Shown in pieces: positions 60,529 to 64,000 of a DNA stretch of 64,000 nucleotides. Each line of letters begins with the position of its first letter. The stretch's first letter is position 1. Below the pieces are notes generated by a model. It ran no database searches, was not told the DNA's origin, and saw only the letters and a program-made list of their open reading frames with translations. This DNA comes from Octopus vulgaris (taxonomy: Eukaryota), in NCBI GenBank assembly GCA_951406725.2, contig OX597819.1, positions 90,954,001 to 91,018,000 of the forward strand, given 5' to 3'. The translations under genes were made by a program, and so were the position numbers.

Positions 60529-62525
60529 CGCCTTCTACTATAATCCTGAGCTGACCAATGCCTTATGCCTTTGGTAGATGGAAACTGCACTGAAGCCCAT
60601 TGTATATATATGTTTGTGTGTTTGTTCCCCAACAGCATTGCTTGAAAACTGGTGCTGGTTTGTTTACATCCCAATAACAGCCGTTTTGTAAAAGACACTA
60701 AAAAATAAGTACTAGGGTTGATTTGTGGAAGTTGTTGAACATTGCTTAACAAAACAAAGGCAAGGGTGAGAACTCCCAATAGAGAAATAGTAATTTTTTT
60801 GTGTTAAGTTATGATTCTGCTTCCCTTGATCAAAGAGTTTGGTTGCATGGAACAAAATCTTAAATATCATCGGCTTTACAGATAAATTAACTTCTAGTAT
60901 TTTCTATTTCTTTACTACCCACAAGGGGCTAAACACAGAGGAGACAAACAAGGACAAACGGATTAAGTCGATTATATTGACCACAGTACTCAACTGGTAC
61001 TTAATTTATTGACCCCGAAAGGATGAAAGGCAAAGTCGACCTCGGTGGAATTTGAACTCAGAATGTAACGGCAGACGAAATACGACTACGCATTTCGCCC
61101 GGCGTGCTAACATTTCTGCCAGCTCGCCGCCTTGTATTCCAGTATTTTCACCAGAAACTGATATTAGACATGAATACCAATTTGAGACAAAAAAGAAAAA
61201 AAACCCACTCCAATTGACCTGGTTTTATTTTAAAATGAAGGGTTGACTCACTGGGTCAAATTTCAATACTCTCTTGTCAGTTTCATGATAATCTCCATAA
61301 CATTTCAAGATCAATAATATTAATATTATCTGTACGCTGAATTTCAGTCTAACTTCCTCTGGTTCCAGAGCTTGCTGGTCTTATTGATTTCCAACATAGT
61401 CAACCAATACACCATCTCAGATTTGTTAGAGGTGAATAATGAGATTGGATAGCATGCATGCGTTTCTCAGGAGTGGAGAATGAGTAATATAAGTGAACTG
61501 AAATGGTTATGACTGGGAATTGAAACTGGGTTGCAAAATCGACTCCTTGAAAGCTTATACTTATTTTGTAGCATTCATCTGAAGTGCTATTGATTGTCAA
61601 AAAAAAAAAAACCCAAAAACATGTAAATGTTTTGTAAGCACTCAAGTGACCTCTGAGAGCTAATATCATCTCTAGTTTCAAGACATGAAGTTAAGAGGTA
61701 AACCAATCCATTGCAGGTAACATTGTCAGATGAGCTGGTTGGTACCTATTTCTGGCAGCTTGAGTGAGCTAAAGCAATGTAAATCAAATATTTTGTCTTA
61801 CAAAAACCCAATGAAACACCTGTAACAAATCGGAATTTGATAATCTGAAAAAATCATCATCTACATGATTCTTTTCATCATCTATTGATCAGTTTCTGTT
61901 TTTTTTTTTTCTTTTCCCATTGTATCTTCAGAAATTTCATGATGGTAACATTTTACCAACTAATAGTCATTTCTGTTATCTTTTTATTATTTCATTTGTT
62001 ATTTTATTCATCACCATCTGTGGAAGGGTTTTTAAAATTATTCTTTTAATTTTTGTAGACTTTAGTCTACTGGGGTTAAATAACAACATTTAATCCTGAG
62101 CTCTTTCTCTTTTGGCTAAACAGCAACAAACAAAACAATAGATAAAGATTTGGAAAACAAAAACAGAGAAAGAAGATTTATGTGATGCTGCTGTTGATGA
62201 ATTAGAGGCCAAGAAACCTATATCACACTAATACTTGCTGGGTGGTTGGCGCTAGGAAGGCCATCCAACTGTAAAAAAAACTTGTGAAAACAGACACAGA
62301 AGCCTGGTGCAGTCTTCTGCCTGGCCAGCTCCTGTCAAATCGTCCAACCCATACCAGCATGGCAAGTGGACATTAAATGATGATGATGTAGAGGGTATGT
62401 GGCTGAGGGATTAAGGTGTTGCACTCATGACTGAGATCATGATTTCGATTCCCAGAACAGGTGATGCATTGTGTACTTGACCAAAATACTTTATCTCATG
62501 TTGCTTTGTGACCATTTCAATATCT

Positions 62526-62941
62526 TATTTCTTTACTGCCCACAAGGGGCTACACACAGAGGAGACAAACAAGGACAGACAAATGGATTAAGTCGATTAC
62601 ATCGGCCTCAGTGCGTAACTGGTACTTATTTAATTGACCCCTCGAAAGGATGAAAGGCAAAGTCGACTTCAGTGGAATTTGAACTCAGAACGTAGTGGCA
62701 GACGAAATACCTATTTCTTTTTTACCCACAAGGGGCTAAACACAGAGGAGACAAACAAGGAGAGACAAATGGATTAAGTCAACTACATCGACCCCAGAGC
62801 ATAACTGGTACTTATTTAATCGATCCCGAAAGGATTAAAGGCAAAGTCAACCTCGGCGGAATTTGAACTTAGAACGTAGCGGCAGACGAAATACCGCTAA
62901 GTATTTCGCCCGGCATGCTAAATTTCTGCCAGCTTGCCGCC
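62526..62941 (-). mobile_element. Head-to-tail dimer of SINE family B, inserted into a family C SINE with an 11-bp TSD
   Basis: TSD TTTCAATATCT at 62515-62525 and 62942-62952. The two units join at about 62711 (CAGACGAAATACC|TATTTCTT). Confidence 0.88.
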
Positions 62942-63049
62942 TTTCAATATCTAACATGTGGCACACTGTGCAACTGTTGAGGCTGCCATTGATTCAATGG
63001 AGAGAGTGAGCGAATGCGTAACACAAACATTTGATTACTATAAACATAT

Positions 63050-63268
63050 TTAACTCTTTAACATTTAAACCGGCCATATCTGGCCAAAATATTCTGCCTG
63101 GTTTATGTTCAAAACTAGCCAGATCTGTCCTCTCACACCAACCCTACAATACCATTTTAAAAATTAACAGTTGCCTTATCAAAATCTCATGACTGCAGAA
63201 TTAATTCAAAACAATGTGAATAAAAAAGCATTACCTTTGACAAAATGCTTTGAATACTAAAAGATTAA
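63050..63268. mobile_element. piggyBac-type MITE (second family); another copy at about 6874-7095
   Basis: TTAA-CTCTTTAACATTTAAA ... GAATACTAAAAGA-TTAA. Colinear with 6874-7095 over about 200 bp. Confidence 0.7.
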
Positions 63269-63618
63269 ACCAGTATGATATATTTTAAATACAATTAAAA
63301 ATAAATAAATAAGATCTTTGTCAGGATGACATATGTCAGGGACAATGTGTTGTCAATGAGCCAAAACATGGCTTGATATTCCAAGATCCTGTAATAATTT
63401 CATTATGTAGCACTCACCTCCTTCAGTTATTTCCATCAAAATTTAATAAAAGCTGCCATGTTTAATAACATTGAGATGGTTCTAAACTTTCTAAGCTTAT
63501 GCAAGAAGTAGAATGATTTATTATAAGGATGTGAATTCTATTCCATCTTCTCATTAGTAAAAAGGTGGGGGATGGGGGTTGAGGCAAAAATTTTCAGTAA
63601 TACTTAGGCATGGTTTCT

Positions 63619-63851
63619 TATTTCTTTATTGCCCACAAAGGGCTAAACATAGCGGGGACAAACAAGGACAGACAAAGGGATTAAATCGATCACATCGACC
63701 CCAGTACGTAACTGGTACTTAATTTATGAACCCCAAAAGGATGAGAGGCAAAGTCGACCTCGGCGGAATTTGAACTCAGAATGTAACAGCAGACGAAATA
63801 CCGCTAAGCATTTTGCCCAGTGTGCTAACGTTTCTGCCAGCTCTCCGCCTT
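63619..63851 (-). mobile_element. SINE family B (Nin-domain-like core), full length with 19-bp TSD
   Basis: Core GCCTTTCATCCTTT(C)GGGGTCGATAAA-TAAGTACCAG resembles the Nin/Sauria-type SINE central domain (from memory of the family). TSD ATACTTAGGCATGGTTTCT at 63600-63618 and 63852-63870. Other copies: 2226-2430, 3685-4065 (two), 4763-4972, 11020-11243, 33415-33540, 33930-34110, 34198-34410, 36960-37100, 43440-43585, 43690-43915, 44044-44252, 55899-56091, 60905-61135, 62526-62941. Confidence 0.9.
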
Positions 63852-64000
63852 ATACTTAGGCATGGTTTCTCTCATATACATATAGGTGCAGGTATTGGCT
63901 GAGTAGTAAGAAGTTTGCTTACCAATCACACACTTTTGGGTTCAGTCCCTCTGTGTGACACCTTCTAGTAAAATCCCAGGGCCAACAAAAATCCTTGTGA

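Overview
AT-rich, repeat-dense eukaryotic genomic DNA. The SINE, RTE and Penelope repeat landscape, the (TA)n/(CA)n microsatellites and the TTAGGG-type repeats point to an octopus or other coleoid cephalopod (inference, not verified by search). Only one protein-coding gene is supported: an intronless minus-strand BTG1/BTG2-type (BTG/Tob, APRO domain) gene at 22191-22832. Its leader is about 450 nt and ATG-free apart from a short uORF whose stop overlaps the start codon. Its promoter resembles an immediate-early gene (perfect CRE, CCAAT, perfect CArG box), and its 3'UTR carries AU-rich, Pumilio and miR-92-type motifs. The rest of the window is tRNA-derived SINEs (at least three families, often nested with clear TSDs), decayed LINEs (RTE, CR1/L2/Jockey-like, possibly R4), mariner and DD37D/maT remnants, hAT/Tc1/pogo/piggyBac-type MITEs and Penelope-like fragments. 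Nearly all other ORFs in the supplied track are microsatellite or repeat artefacts. The most notable non-gene signals are minimal hammerhead-ribozyme-like motifs (one family with an atypical CUGUYGA core), several near-perfect fold-back hairpins, MITEs with telomeric-repeat cores, a five-copy motif array next to a second CpG-retaining island, and two complementary RTE fragments that may mark a 6.4 kb inversion. All coordinates and alignments were read by eye, so repeat boundaries are approximate.
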